A stretch of 64,000 bases of DNA from Minisyncoccota bacterium (GTDB taxonomy: Bacteria > Patescibacteriota > Minisyncoccia > Phycocordibacterales > UBA9973), in assembly GCA_035353995.1 (NCBI GenBank), contig DAOQAL010000002.1, positions 28,729 to 92,728 on the forward strand, read 5' to 3'. The position numbers were made by a program, and so were the translations under genes. Each line of letters begins with the position of its first letter. Within the stretch, counting starts at the first letter, position 1. This document shows, piece by piece, positions 1 to 10,946 of this stretch. Under the pieces are notes generated by a model, which saw only the letters and a program-made list of their open reading frames with translations, did not search any database and had not been told where the DNA came from.

Positions 1-636
1 TATTAAATTAATAAGATAAATTTTTGAAATATTTTTGTTTTTTAAGAAAACTTTTATTGTGTTTAAAACAGGAACTTTTGTATACTTTGGATCCTTAAAA
101 TCACTTAAACAAAAACTAAAAATTATTGAAACAAGTAACATGAAACTTGCAGAAAATACATATATTCCTCTAAAAGACCCATCTTTTATAATAGAACCAG
201 AAACCATTTGGGCTATAACCCATGCTAGATTCATTACCATTAAAAAAAGTCCACGGAATTTTCCTATTGAAGAATTTTTTGAAACGTCCTCTATGAAAAT
301 ATCAAGTGATGCATAAAGAAAATTCATTGAAGCAAAAAACAAAATAAATGCAGGTATGATTGCATATATATTATCTATATATGCTAGCGATAACATCGCT
401 ACGAAATTCGTTATAGAGAACAATAGTGCAGTAAAACGATTTCCTAGTTTTGTTAATATCTTTGGAATCTTTAACATGCTCCATATTGTAATAACAGAAG
501 CAAGTATATAAACAATACCGAGATAATCCTCATTAATATATTTTTCTAGAAAACTTGAGTTTATATATGAAGTTAAAGCGATTGAAATAGAAAAAAGAAA
601 ACCTGCCAAATAAACGATGTTTTTGTTATTTCTCAT
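1..636 (-). CDS. MFS transporter (3'-truncated by window edge)
   Basis: Not in the ORF track. Reading the minus strand from ATG at 636 gives an open frame MRNNKNIVYLAGFLFSISIALTSYINSSFL...IGKFRGLFLMVMNLAWVIAQ... with multiple TM helices, running off the window. Confidence 0.8.
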   Translation of the reverse strand, partial: MRNNKNIVYLAGFLFSISIALTSYINSSFLEKYINEDYLGIVYILASVITIWSMLKIPKILTKLGNRFTALLFSITNFVAMLSLAYIDNIYAIIPAFILFFASMNFLYASLDIFIEDVSKNSSIGKFRGLFLMVMNLAWVIAQMVSGSIIKDGSFRGIYVFSASFMLLVSIIFSFCLSDFKDPKYTKVPVLNTIKVFLKNKNISKIYLINLI

Positions 637-661
637 TATTATTCTACACTTACTTATAATT

Positions 662-2596
662 TTATACAGTTAATACAACTGGTATAACTAATGGTCTTTT
701 TGCTGTTTTTTGGTAAAGATATTTTGAAATTGTTTCTCCCAAATTATTCTTTATATAATCCAAATCAAGCTGATTCATTTTTTGTGTAGTATCTTCTACT
801 GATTTCTTAATTATTATTCTTACTTGTCTTAATAGTTCCTGATTTTCTTTTAGATAAACGAAACCTCGTGAAATTAAATCTGGAGATTTTTTTAACTTGC
901 CAGTATTTTGATCAAGTAATGCTATAACGACAAACATCCCATCTTGTGCAAGCATTACACGATCTCTTATTACAACATCTTGTACATCAGAAATAGCAAG
1001 ACCATCTACCATCATTGGTGCGGATGGAGCTTTTTCTTTTCTAAGAACCATTTTTTTACCGTCTGCAGAAATTTCAATTATAGAACCATTATCAGGAACA
1101 ATAATATTTTCTTCTGGCATACCAAGTTCCATCGCTAATTCTTTATGAAGTTCCAACATGAAATGATTTCCATGAATTGGTATAAAAAATCTAGGATGTG
1201 TTTTTCTATGAAGCCATTTAATATCTTCTTTGTTTCCATGACCTGTAGCGTGAACAAAATCTTCTCCAGCAGTTCTGTAACTTATTATCTTTACTCCTTG
1301 ACGTGACAAATTATCTTTTATACGTTGAACTTTTAATTCATTTCCTGGTACAACAGAAGCAGAGAGAATTATTGTGTCTCCTTTTTTAATTCCAAATTTT
1401 TTATGAGATTTATTTGCAGCACGAGAAAGGGCTGCAAATTCTTCACCTTGTGAACCTGTCATAAGTATTACCACTCTATTAGGAGGGTATTTATCGGCTT
1501 CTTCTATTGGTATTATCGTGTCCTTTTTAGGTTTAAAGAAACCAGCTTCGATTGCGACATCAATATTTGTTTTCATTGAACGTCCATCTATGGCTATTTT
1601 TTTACCCATTGATTCTGCTGTTTTCACAACATGAGCAAGTCGAGTAATTTGTGAAGAGAAAGCTGCAATTATTATTCTTCCATTTATTTTTCTTAATAAA
1701 TTATCAAGCCCTTCGTGTACTTTTATTTCAGGAAGAGAAAAACCCTCGTTCTCTACATTTGTAGAATCTGTCATCAGAAGGAGTACATTTGCTTTATCAA
1801 AAATAGAATATTCTTTTTCTTCATTGTCGGTAACAACTCCATTTATTTGATCAAGTTTATAATCGCCAGGCGTAACAATCCAACCATGTTTTGTTTCTAT
1901 AATTATTCCCATTGAATCTGGAATTGTATGTGTAACACCAAAAATTCTGATTTTTATTTTTCCACAAGTTACAACTTCGTTTTTTTCTACAACTTCTATA
2001 TTTATTGGTGGTAAATGTGGAAATTCAGCTTGACGCTTTTTTATCATGAGAACAGTTAAGTTTCTTGAATAAACTTTTGGATTTCCAATACGAGATAAAA
2101 CTATTGGTATTCCACCAATATGATCCAGGTGTCCATGAGTTATAAATAAACCACGAATTTTGTCTTTATGTTCTTCTAAGTAAGTAGTATTAGGAATTAC
2201 GTAATCAACTCCAGGTGTGTCTTCATTTGAAAAATGCATACCAGCATCGACAACGATAATATCATCGCCTATTTCAATTGCAGTCATATTTTTTCCGATT
2301 TCCTCAGCTCCTCCTAACGGAATAATACGAATCTTGCCTTCTTCTAATGGTGGAATTTTTACTTCATTAATACTGTTGCTTTGATTTTTTAATGGTGAGC
2401 GCATTCCTCTTCCTTGTTTTTTGTTAAATTTAGAATATTGGAATGTTGAGCTTTTTGTTCCTTTCTTTCTGTCTGTTATTTTATTTTCTGTTTTTGGATA
2501 AATTTTATTAGCTACATTTATATGTGTAGGAAATTTTTCTTCCTTTTTATGTTCGATGCTTACAGCACTGAACGATAGTCTTGTTTTTTTAGTCAT
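662..2596 (-). CDS. rnj: ribonuclease J
   Basis: IIPLGGAEEIGKNM, THGHLDHIGG, HATGHG and PIHG motifs of the MBL/beta-CASP RNase J family; basic N-terminal extension. Confidence 0.95.
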   Translation of the reverse strand: MTKKTRLSFSAVSIEHKKEEKFPTHINVANKIYPKTENKITDRKKGTKSSTFQYSKFNKKQGRGMRSPLKNQSNSINEVKIPPLEEGKIRIIPLGGAEEIGKNMTAIEIGDDIIVVDAGMHFSNEDTPGVDYVIPNTTYLEEHKDKIRGLFITHGHLDHIGGIPIVLSRIGNPKVYSRNLTVLMIKKRQAEFPHLPPINIEVVEKNEVVTCGKIKIRIFGVTHTIPDSMGIIIETKHGWIVTPGDYKLDQINGVVTDNEEKEYSIFDKANVLLLMTDSTNVENEGFSLPEIKVHEGLDNLLRKINGRIIIAAFSSQITRLAHVVKTAESMGKKIAIDGRSMKTNIDVAIEAGFFKPKKDTIIPIEEADKYPPNRVVILMTGSQGEEFAALSRAANKSHKKFGIKKGDTIILSASVVPGNELKVQRIKDNLSRQGVKIISYRTAGEDFVHATGHGNKEDIKWLHRKTHPRFFIPIHGNHFMLELHKELAMELGMPEENIIVPDNGSIIEISADGKKMVLRKEKAPSAPMMVDGLAISDVQDVVIRDRVMLAQDGMFVVIALLDQNTGKLKKSPDLISRGFVYLKENQELLRQVRIIIKKSVEDTTQKMNQLDLDYIKNNLGETISKYLYQKTAKRPLVIPVVLTV

Positions 2597-2622
2597 TTTA
2601 TTTTAGTAATTTTTAGTAATTT

Positions 2623-4374
2623 TTATTTTGAGAATATTTCCCAAACGTTGTCCGTGTTTATATACCATAGATATGAATTTAAAAATCTGTCTGATGATGA
2701 AGTAATTGTATTTATTGAAACACCTTTTAGATTTTTTGACACTACATAAATGAAGTTCGGACTATATATAAATACTGCTGGCATATCTTTTTTTATTTCA
2801 TCTTCAAATTGTGCGTATTTTTTTTCTCTAGCATCTTGATTTGTCATTGTAAATGCATCTTCTAAAATTTTATCAGCTTTTGCATTTGTATACATTGCAA
2901 CATTTAATCCAGGATCTTTTCTTTGTGAAGAATGCCAGAATGCATATAAGTCAGATTCGTGATTTATTATTTCTCCAAAAAGCAAAGCATCATATTTTCG
3001 TGGGCGAATAACAGACTGATTTAAATTGCCAACTTCGAATGTTTTTACATCCACTTTCATTCCGAGTGCAGTAAGATTTTGTCTTATTATCTCTGCTGTT
3101 GCTACAAGCTCTGAAGTGTTACCAGTTGATATAGAAAATTCTATAGTTGATATTGTTTTTTTCTTCTTTACCGTAGTTGTCTTTTTTAAATAACCGTCTT
3201 CTCCTTTTTCCCAACCATCTTTCGCTAAAATTTCTTGTGCCTTTTTAAAATTTTCGTCTGCTGAAGAATTATTTTTTTCATTTTGTTTTTGATATGAAAC
3301 CATATTTGGTGGTATAGGTTCATCTATTGCGACTCCATATCCTGAAAATACTTCTTTAATAATTCTATCCTTATCAATAGACAAATCTATTGCTTCAACT
3401 ATTTTTTTATTAGTGAATATTTGGTTTTGATTCTGATTAAAGAAAAGACCAAACACTCTAGGAAGAACTGAAGACTTAATTACGTAATTTTTCTCTTTTA
3501 ACAATTCAGCATTTTTTGGTGTGATAGAACTTGCTTGTTCAACATTTCCACTTAACAGTGCTGAAATTAATTCTTCTTCATTTGAATAGAAATTCAAAGT
3601 TATATTTTTGATATATGGTTTTCCTAAAGCAAATTTTTGAAAAGATTTAAGTTCGATATTTTTTATTACGCCATTTGATTCTTTGCTAACATTTACTATT
3701 TGGAAAGGACCAGAACCTATAGGGTTTATATTGTAGTCATTTATCTCGATAGGGGAATCTACCCAAAGATGTTCTGGCAATATCCCAAGAGTTGTATTTT
3801 CTAGAAAAGATGCAAATGGTTGTTTCAAAGAAAATTTTATTGTTTTCTCGTCAATTTTTTGTACAGTTACTCCATCCCAATTTGTTTTCTCAGCACTTTT
3901 CGTAAGCGGATCTTTTGCTTTTTCTATTGTGAATACAATATCATCTACTGTTACAGGTTCTCCATCTTGAAAGAATATTTTATCTTTTAATATGAATGTA
4001 TAAGTTAAACCATCTTTTGATATTTCATAACTCTCAGCTAAGTCAGGTATTATTGTGCCATCTTGATTTTTTCTTGTAAGTCCAGAATATACTAAAGATA
4101 CTAGGTCATTATCTGTAGAAGAATATGCGAGAATTGGATTTATAAAACGTGGAGAACCAACAATGCCTTCTGAAATTGAACCTCCTTGCATCGGCACGCT
4201 TACCATAAACTTTTTATTTAATCCTTCCAAAATAACCATTGCGCTTACTGTAAGAGCAAACACAAGAATTAAAAGAATTATACGCTCTCTCTTTGAGAAC
4301 ATAGAAAGAGCCAACCTGATTTTACTTATTAAAGGTAATATAAAATTACGTATACGTTTATAGAAATTTCTCAT
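2623..4374 (-). CDS. peptide ABC transporter substrate-binding protein (OppA/DppA family)
   Basis: PDLAESYEISKDGLTYTFILK, FQDGEPVTVDDIVFT and PIGSGPF motifs of SBP family 5; N-terminal TM anchor. Confidence 0.9.
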   Translation of the reverse strand: MRNFYKRIRNFILPLISKIRLALSMFSKRERIILLILVFALTVSAMVILEGLNKKFMVSVPMQGGSISEGIVGSPRFINPILAYSSTDNDLVSLVYSGLTRKNQDGTIIPDLAESYEISKDGLTYTFILKDKIFFQDGEPVTVDDIVFTIEKAKDPLTKSAEKTNWDGVTVQKIDEKTIKFSLKQPFASFLENTTLGILPEHLWVDSPIEINDYNINPIGSGPFQIVNVSKESNGVIKNIELKSFQKFALGKPYIKNITLNFYSNEEELISALLSGNVEQASSITPKNAELLKEKNYVIKSSVLPRVFGLFFNQNQNQIFTNKKIVEAIDLSIDKDRIIKEVFSGYGVAIDEPIPPNMVSYQKQNEKNNSSADENFKKAQEILAKDGWEKGEDGYLKKTTTVKKKKTISTIEFSISTGNTSELVATAEIIRQNLTALGMKVDVKTFEVGNLNQSVIRPRKYDALLFGEIINHESDLYAFWHSSQRKDPGLNVAMYTNAKADKILEDAFTMTNQDAREKKYAQFEDEIKKDMPAVFIYSPNFIYVVSKNLKGVSINTITSSSDRFLNSYLWYINTDNVWEIFSK

Positions 4375-4406
4375 AAAAGAAAAAGTATCAAATCTAAACA
4401 GAATCT

Positions 4407-4646
4407 TTAGCTTCTAGCTTTTATTATTATAGCGAGAAAAGCTGATAAAGCAAAAAGGATTCCACAAACTATGGATAAGTAAAAAAGAAACTTTTCTGAA
4501 CCACGACGAGTATGATGAAATGTGTCATCTCCACCACCAAGCGCGCCACCTAATCCTGCGCCGGACTGTTGAAGTAAAATAGCTATAACTAATACTATTG
4601 AAAAGACTATCTGCGCATAAGGCAGTATTTTGGCTATTAATTGCAT
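4407..4646 (-). CDS. secG: preprotein translocase subunit SecG
   Basis: ILLQQSGAGLGGALGG...TRRGSEKFL motif; start taken at ATG 4646 (MQLIAK), just downstream of a -10-like GATAAT. Confidence 0.9.
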   Translation of the reverse strand: MQLIAKILPYAQIVFSIVLVIAILLQQSGAGLGGALGGGDDTFHHTRRGSEKFLFYLSIVCGILFALSAFLAIIIKARS

Positions 4647-4736
4647 GTATACTATTATCGCACAATGAAGCATAAAAAGCAATATGTATTCATTTGCATA
4701 TTGCAAATAATATTACTAGTGATAAAATTACATATT

Positions 4737-5849
4737 ATGTCTAGAGAAAAAATAATAACTTTAAGTAAAGATCTTCAGTCAAAAATTTTTATGGGGGAAA
4801 GGGATTATAAACCAGATCCTAAAACACCCATTACTAATTGGCTTGTTAATACAAAGAGGCATTGTAATGGTGGAAAAACCGTCAATGCAGGTCTTTGGCT
4901 AAAGAGGCATACAGACAATGGAGGAAAAATATTTTTAACCATGTCCGGTGCTGGTTCTTCTTTTCAGCAGGGTGTTATGATTTCTGAACTTATAAAAGCA
5001 GGAAAGATAGCTGCTATTTCTGTTACAGGTGCAAATATGGAAGAAAGTTTATACAGACTTGTTGCTAATAGTCATTATGCTTATATACCAGATTATTTGG
5101 AATTAACAAGATCAGAAGAAAAAGAATTAGCACAAGCTGGACTACGAAGAATTACTGATACATTTTTACCAGAGGATGAATCTGTTAGAGTGGTTTTGCC
5201 ACAACTTGAAAAACTTTGGCGTGAAGCGGAAGAAAACAATAAACCACTTTTGTGGCATGAATATTTTTTCCAACTTTTTGAAAGAAAGATGATAGATTTT
5301 GATCCTACTGCTAATACAGATGAGTGTTGGTTATACCAAGCATGGTTAAATAAGATTCCAGTTTTTGTTCCAGGTGCTGAAGACTCAACTATGGGAAATA
5401 TTTTTACTCAAGCTTGTTATGATGGAAACCATCCTATTCTTTCTAAATATAAATTAGAGAAACCTATAAGCCCAGAAGTTATTCATCATTCATTCCGTTA
5501 TATGCATGCTCTTGCAGAATGGTATTTAGATAATACTAAAGATAATGGATTAGCATTTCTTCAATTGGGAGGAGGCATAGCTGCAGATTTTCCTATTTGT
5601 GTAGTTCCACATATTAAAAAAGATTTTCTATATAAAGAAACGGAAGAGTTGCAAGAAAAAATTGTGCGTTCTTGGGCAGGGTTCATTGAAATACATTCTT
5701 CTCCTATGAGTTTCGGATCATACTCTGGTGCTGGTTTCAAAGAAAAAATAACTTGGGAGAAATTTGACGTAGATGCTTTTGGAGAGCAAATTTTCGGAGA
5801 CTACACAGAACATTTCCCTGATATCGTTGCCATTATACTAGGCAAATAA
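4737..5849 (+). CDS. deoxyhypusine synthase-like protein (possible homospermidine synthase)
   Basis: TGANMEE, EDSTMGN, LGGGIAADFPICVVP and GSYSGA..EKITWEK motifs; likely start MSREK at 4737. Confidence 0.85.
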   Translation: MSREKIITLSKDLQSKIFMGERDYKPDPKTPITNWLVNTKRHCNGGKTVNAGLWLKRHTDNGGKIFLTMSGAGSSFQQGVMISELIKAGKIAAISVTGANMEESLYRLVANSHYAYIPDYLELTRSEEKELAQAGLRRITDTFLPEDESVRVVLPQLEKLWREAEENNKPLLWHEYFFQLFERKMIDFDPTANTDECWLYQAWLNKIPVFVPGAEDSTMGNIFTQACYDGNHPILSKYKLEKPISPEVIHHSFRYMHALAEWYLDNTKDNGLAFLQLGGGIAADFPICVVPHIKKDFLYKETEELQEKIVRSWAGFIEIHSSPMSFGSYSGAGFKEKITWEKFDVDAFGEQIFGDYTEHFPDIVAIILGK

Positions 5850-5939
5850 AAATTGTTAGATATTTTAAGGTATAATTTTTAACAAAAAATAAAAAATTAT
5901 ATTGTCATTTTATATTTGTAAAAAAGGGTTATTAAACTC

Positions 5940-5968
5940 TTGACTTTGATTTTGGATTAATATATACT
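5940..5968 (+). promoter_or_regulatory. sigma70 promoter of the 16S rRNA gene
   Basis: TTGACT-17 bp-TATACT; boxA-like ACTTTGAAAA near 6020. Confidence 0.7.
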
Positions 5969-6176
5969 CCTTCTAGCGTCTAATCCATATTGGATAAGGC
6001 GTTTTCATTTAATAAACAGACTTTGAAAATTTAATAGTTTGAGAACTAGTCCTGCAAAGGAGCAGGACGAAGTGCAAGTAATTTAGTTTATTTTTCAATA
6101 ATTTTATTGAGCATATGATCAAAATATATTAAACAAAAATCATTGCTGTTTTTTGTTTTGTTTCGTTCTAACAACT

Positions 6177-7712
<1,536 letters not shown>

Positions 7713-7895
7713 TGAAACTCGTTGTTGGATATTTATATTCGATAACTTATTGAGTCGGTATTGTACGCCTCAATTGAGCGTACAATGGTTTATTTGAACC
7801 TAAAACAAAATGACAAGTATGGAAAGACATACAAATAAAAAAGTTTACTCTGCTTCGGTGGAGGAAAGAACGAAACAAAACAAAGAACAGCTAAT

Positions 7896-7930
7896 AAAAA
7901 CACCTCGTGGAAACACGGGGTGTTTTTTTT
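7896..7930 (+). terminator. intrinsic terminator after the 16S trailer
   Basis: AAAAACACCTCGTG-GAAA-CACGGGGTGTTTTTTTT hairpin plus U-tract. Confidence 0.8.
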
Positions 7931-7996
7931 GACAAAAAAATAAATTAAGTTATTGTATAATTGAAAAACAAATGTACTTAACCAAATAAATATCAT

Positions 7997-8416
7997 ATGA
8001 ACAAAAGAGAAGATTATCAGAAAATGGCGGAAATTCTCAATTCAATTTCTGCAGATGGTGGCGTGTTTTTTATTGCCACTAAAATAGGAAACAGAACTCG
8101 TATTTTAGGAAGACTTGAAAAAATGGAAGTAAAAGAAAACTCTGTTTCTTTTATACCTAAAAATTCTTTTTATTTTGTAAAAGACGAATCTTTTGAAATT
8201 CCTCCTGGAAGCATAAATTGGTTTTTTTCTATAGAACCTGCCTCTGGTTTTGTAGCCTGTATGCGAGCCGGTACTAAAGGGGCTTCTCATAATGTAAGTA
8301 TTTGCAACGTAGTTGTTATTAAAATCTTTTCTGAAAAGAATAATTTTTTACAATCAGTTGCTGAAAACTGTGACGGTTTGCCAGTAGAAAAAATTCCAAG
8401 AGAAATTATTGATTGA
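7997..8416 (+). CDS. hypothetical protein
   Basis: 139-aa ORF with upstream TATAAT and its own terminator; no recognisable motif. Confidence 0.6.
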   Translation: MNKREDYQKMAEILNSISADGGVFFIATKIGNRTRILGRLEKMEVKENSVSFIPKNSFYFVKDESFEIPPGSINWFFSIEPASGFVACMRAGTKGASHNVSICNVVVIKIFSEKNNFLQSVAENCDGLPVEKIPREIID

Positions 8417-8423
8417 TCTCTTT

Positions 8424-8459
8424 AAGGTGTCCCTAGTCTATATAGGGGCGCCTTTTTTT
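8424..8459 (+). terminator. intrinsic terminator
   Basis: AAGGTGTCCCTA...TAGGGGCGCCTT followed by a T-run. Confidence 0.65.
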
Positions 8460-8473
8460 GATATAATAAAAAT

Positions 8474-9391
8474 ATGCCGGAAAATAAATATAAAAATAAA
8501 GTTGGAGTACTTCGTGGAGGTACAGATAAATTTTACGAAGACTCTTTACAGGATGGAGGAGAGGTAATTACTAATCTTTCTAAATATTTAGGTAGCAATT
8601 GGAAAGTTTTTGATATTTTAATTGATAAAAAAGGTGTTTGGCATTTTGCTGGGTTGCCAATTAAGCCTACTGAGTTAGCACATAAAGTTGATGTAATTTG
8701 GAATACTTCTAGTTCTGAATTTTCTCAAATTTTAAAAAATCTTGGTATACCATATTTTGGTTTGAAATCTTTTTCAGAATCTTTGTGTAATAGTAAACAA
8801 ATGTTAAAAGAACATATGGAAAAAATTGGAGTTAATATGCCAAGGCATTTGATTTTGTCACCTTATAAATGTGATATCGATGGTCCGAGAGAAAGATATT
8901 CAATAAAAAAAGCAAAAGAAGTTTTTGAAAAATTTGGTGCTCCTTGGACTATTCAATCATTAACTACAAATTCAAATATGGCTATTCATGTGGCGAATAC
9001 TTTTCCTGAATTAGTAGACGCTATAGAAGATGGTGTTAGTCAGGGTGTTGGTCTTTTGGTTGAAGAATGTATAAAAGGTAGAGAAGCACAAGTCCATATT
9101 TTACCAGGATTCAGAGGAGAAAATATTTATACTTTTCCTGTTGGCAATTTTAGGAAAGATGAAAAAGAAAAAATAGATTTGCTTTCTAGAAAAATTTTAA
9201 ATCATGTCGGATCACAATATTATTTGAAAACAAATTTTAAGTTAGATAATAAAGGGAAAATTTATTTTATTGGATTGGAGTTAATGCCTTCTTTAAAAAC
9301 AGAATCACATTTTTATTCATCTTGTGAATCTGTTGGCGTAAAACAACACCAGATTGTTGAGCATATCTTAAAAAGAGTTTTAGATTTATAA
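8474..9391 (+). CDS. ddl: D-alanine--D-alanine ligase-like ATP-grasp protein (divergent)
   Basis: KVGVLRGG..E.SL N-terminus, LGIPYFG, LVEECIKGREA and ELMPSL match Ddl architecture. Confidence 0.7.
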   Translation: MPENKYKNKVGVLRGGTDKFYEDSLQDGGEVITNLSKYLGSNWKVFDILIDKKGVWHFAGLPIKPTELAHKVDVIWNTSSSEFSQILKNLGIPYFGLKSFSESLCNSKQMLKEHMEKIGVNMPRHLILSPYKCDIDGPRERYSIKKAKEVFEKFGAPWTIQSLTTNSNMAIHVANTFPELVDAIEDGVSQGVGLLVEECIKGREAQVHILPGFRGENIYTFPVGNFRKDEKEKIDLLSRKILNHVGSQYYLKTNFKLDNKGKIYFIGLELMPSLKTESHFYSSCESVGVKQHQIVEHILKRVLDL

Positions 9392-9397
9392 AATTCT

Positions 9398-9468
9398 CGG
9401 GCTGTAGTATACCGGTAGTACACACCCTTCGGGAGGGTGTAGACTGGGTTCGATTCCCAGCAGCCCGA
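9398..9468 (+). tRNA. tRNA-Pro(CGG)
   Basis: CGGGCTG/CAGCCCG acceptor stem, anticodon stem CACCC/GGGTG with loop TTCGGGA, GGTTCGATTCC T-arm. Confidence 0.92.
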
Positions 9469-9469
9469 C

Positions 9470-10399
9470 ATGGTATTAAATTTAATTTTGTTTTTAATTT
9501 CATTATACTTAGTAATAAAAGGAGCTACTTTCTCTACTAAATATGCAGCTCAATTAGCGGAAAAATTTCATTTATCAAAATATGCAATTGGTTTTATAAT
9601 TGTTTCAGTAATTTCTATTTTGCCAGAAGCTTTTATATCAATTAACTCTGCCATTGAACAGGTTCCTTTGTTTGGTCTTAGCGTTCTTTTTGGTTCAAAT
9701 GTTGCTGATTTGACTTTAATTTTTGCAATTATTATTTTTGCGAATGGACGTAGATTGAAAATCGAAAGTAAAATTTTAAAGGACCAAAAATTTTTTCCTC
9801 TTCTATTAATTTTGCCATTGCTTTTTGGAATTGATGGAAGCTTTTCTAGAATTGAAGGTTTAGCTTTAATTTTTTTTGGAGTAATTTTTTATTATTCCTC
9901 ATTAAGAAAAGAAACTGCTACCAGAGTGCCTATTGATAAGAAAGAAAATAAATTTAAAGATTTTTTATTTTTATTATTAAGTATGTCCGCCTTACTTTTA
10001 GGTGCCCACTTTACTGTAACTTCAGCTACAGCATTAGCAAATTATTTTAAAATTAGTTCAGTATTGATTGGAATTTTAGTTGTTGGACTTGGTACTACTT
10101 TGCCAGAATTATTTTTTTCCTTGAAGGCCGCGAAAAAAAATGATGATTCTTTAGCAGTAGGAGATATTTTTGGTACTGTCTTGGCAGACTCGACTATCGT
10201 TATAGGAATACTTGCTTTAATTTCTCCATTTTCTGTTCCAATAAAAACTATTTCTGTTACAGGAGTTTTTATGGTCATTGCCTCTATAATTTTATTATAT
10301 TTCATGCGTTCTGATAAAAATGTATCTAAAAAAGAAGGCATTTTACTCTTCTTGTATTGGCTTGTTTTTATTTTAGTTGAATTCTTCTTGAATAGATAA
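9470..10399 (+). CDS. sodium:calcium antiporter (YrbG/CaCA family)
   Basis: Two alpha-repeats (SILPE...GSNVAD; GTTLPE...GDIFGT) and about 10 TM helices. Confidence 0.88.
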   Translation: MVLNLILFLISLYLVIKGATFSTKYAAQLAEKFHLSKYAIGFIIVSVISILPEAFISINSAIEQVPLFGLSVLFGSNVADLTLIFAIIIFANGRRLKIESKILKDQKFFPLLLILPLLFGIDGSFSRIEGLALIFFGVIFYYSSLRKETATRVPIDKKENKFKDFLFLLLSMSALLLGAHFTVTSATALANYFKISSVLIGILVVGLGTTLPELFFSLKAAKKNDDSLAVGDIFGTVLADSTIVIGILALISPFSVPIKTISVTGVFMVIASIILLYFMRSDKNVSKKEGILLFLYWLVFILVEFFLNR

Positions 10400-10420
10400 T
10401 TTTTATGTTATACTAAAAAA

Positions 10421-10540
10421 GTAAATTGTTTTTATCTGTAGCGGGTGATCGCACTCACATAGGCACATATGTTGGAGGTTAGCCATCACCCGCTTCAAAT
10501 CAAAATAATTTAAAATACATCACTTCGGTGGTGTATTTTT
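10421..10540 (+). ncRNA. candidate small non-coding RNA (long hairpin with own promoter and terminator)
   Basis: TGtTATACT at 10406-10414; 26-nt arms 10424-10449 and 10485-10510 pair; terminator hairpin with UUCG loop at 10512-10540. Confidence 0.55.
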
Positions 10541-10628
10541 TTATTAACTTGCATAATTTTATTTTATTTTTGTTTTTTTATTTACAAAATATTTAAAATA
10601 ATTTTTTTTAAAAAAATAAAAATAAAAG

Positions 10629-10637
10629 TTATCCACA
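10629..10637 (+). promoter_or_regulatory. DnaA box (perfect consensus)
   Basis: TTATCCACA in an extremely AT-rich intergenic stretch. Confidence 0.45.
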
Positions 10638-10814
10638 GTTTTTTAAAAAAATGATTGTTTTAAATTTGTTTTTGAGAGATAATTAAATTAGTTCTTTGCG
10701 ATAATTATTTTTTAAATATTTTTTAAAAATATTTTTAGGTCGTAATTATTGCAAACTTAATTATTATTTAATAAAATGCAAGTTCGTAGAAATACGAATA
10801 AGCAAAAAAATAAA

Positions 10815-10883
10815 ATGGCAGCAAAAAAGAAAGCAAAGAAGACAACAAAGAAAGCAAAGAAGACAACAAAGAAGCGAGCATAG
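10815..10883 (+). CDS. 22-aa Lys-rich small protein MAAKKKAKKTTKKAKKTTKKRA
   Basis: ATG..TAG frame with an internal tandem repeat (KKAKKTT x2), A-rich leader, and an immediate downstream terminator; below the ORF-track cutoff. Confidence 0.6.
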   Translation: MAAKKKAKKTTKKAKKTTKKRA

Positions 10884-10892
10884 TCTTCCTAT

Positions 10893-10923
10893 AAAAACTT
10901 CCGGCGAAAGTCGGAAGTTTTTT
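10893..10923 (+). terminator. intrinsic terminator
   Basis: AAAAACTTCCGGC-GAAA-GTCGGAAGTTTTTT. Confidence 0.8.
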
Positions 10924-10946
10924 GTTTTTGTGCTAATATATTATCT

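Noticed and set aside
35-316. 93-aa + strand ORF in the track
   Set aside because: Antisense shadow of the minus-strand MFS transporter (1-636).
10540-10700. Replication origin (AT-rich stretch plus DnaA box)
   Set aside because: Only one box seen, no cluster, no dnaA/dnaN nearby; skew cannot be computed here.
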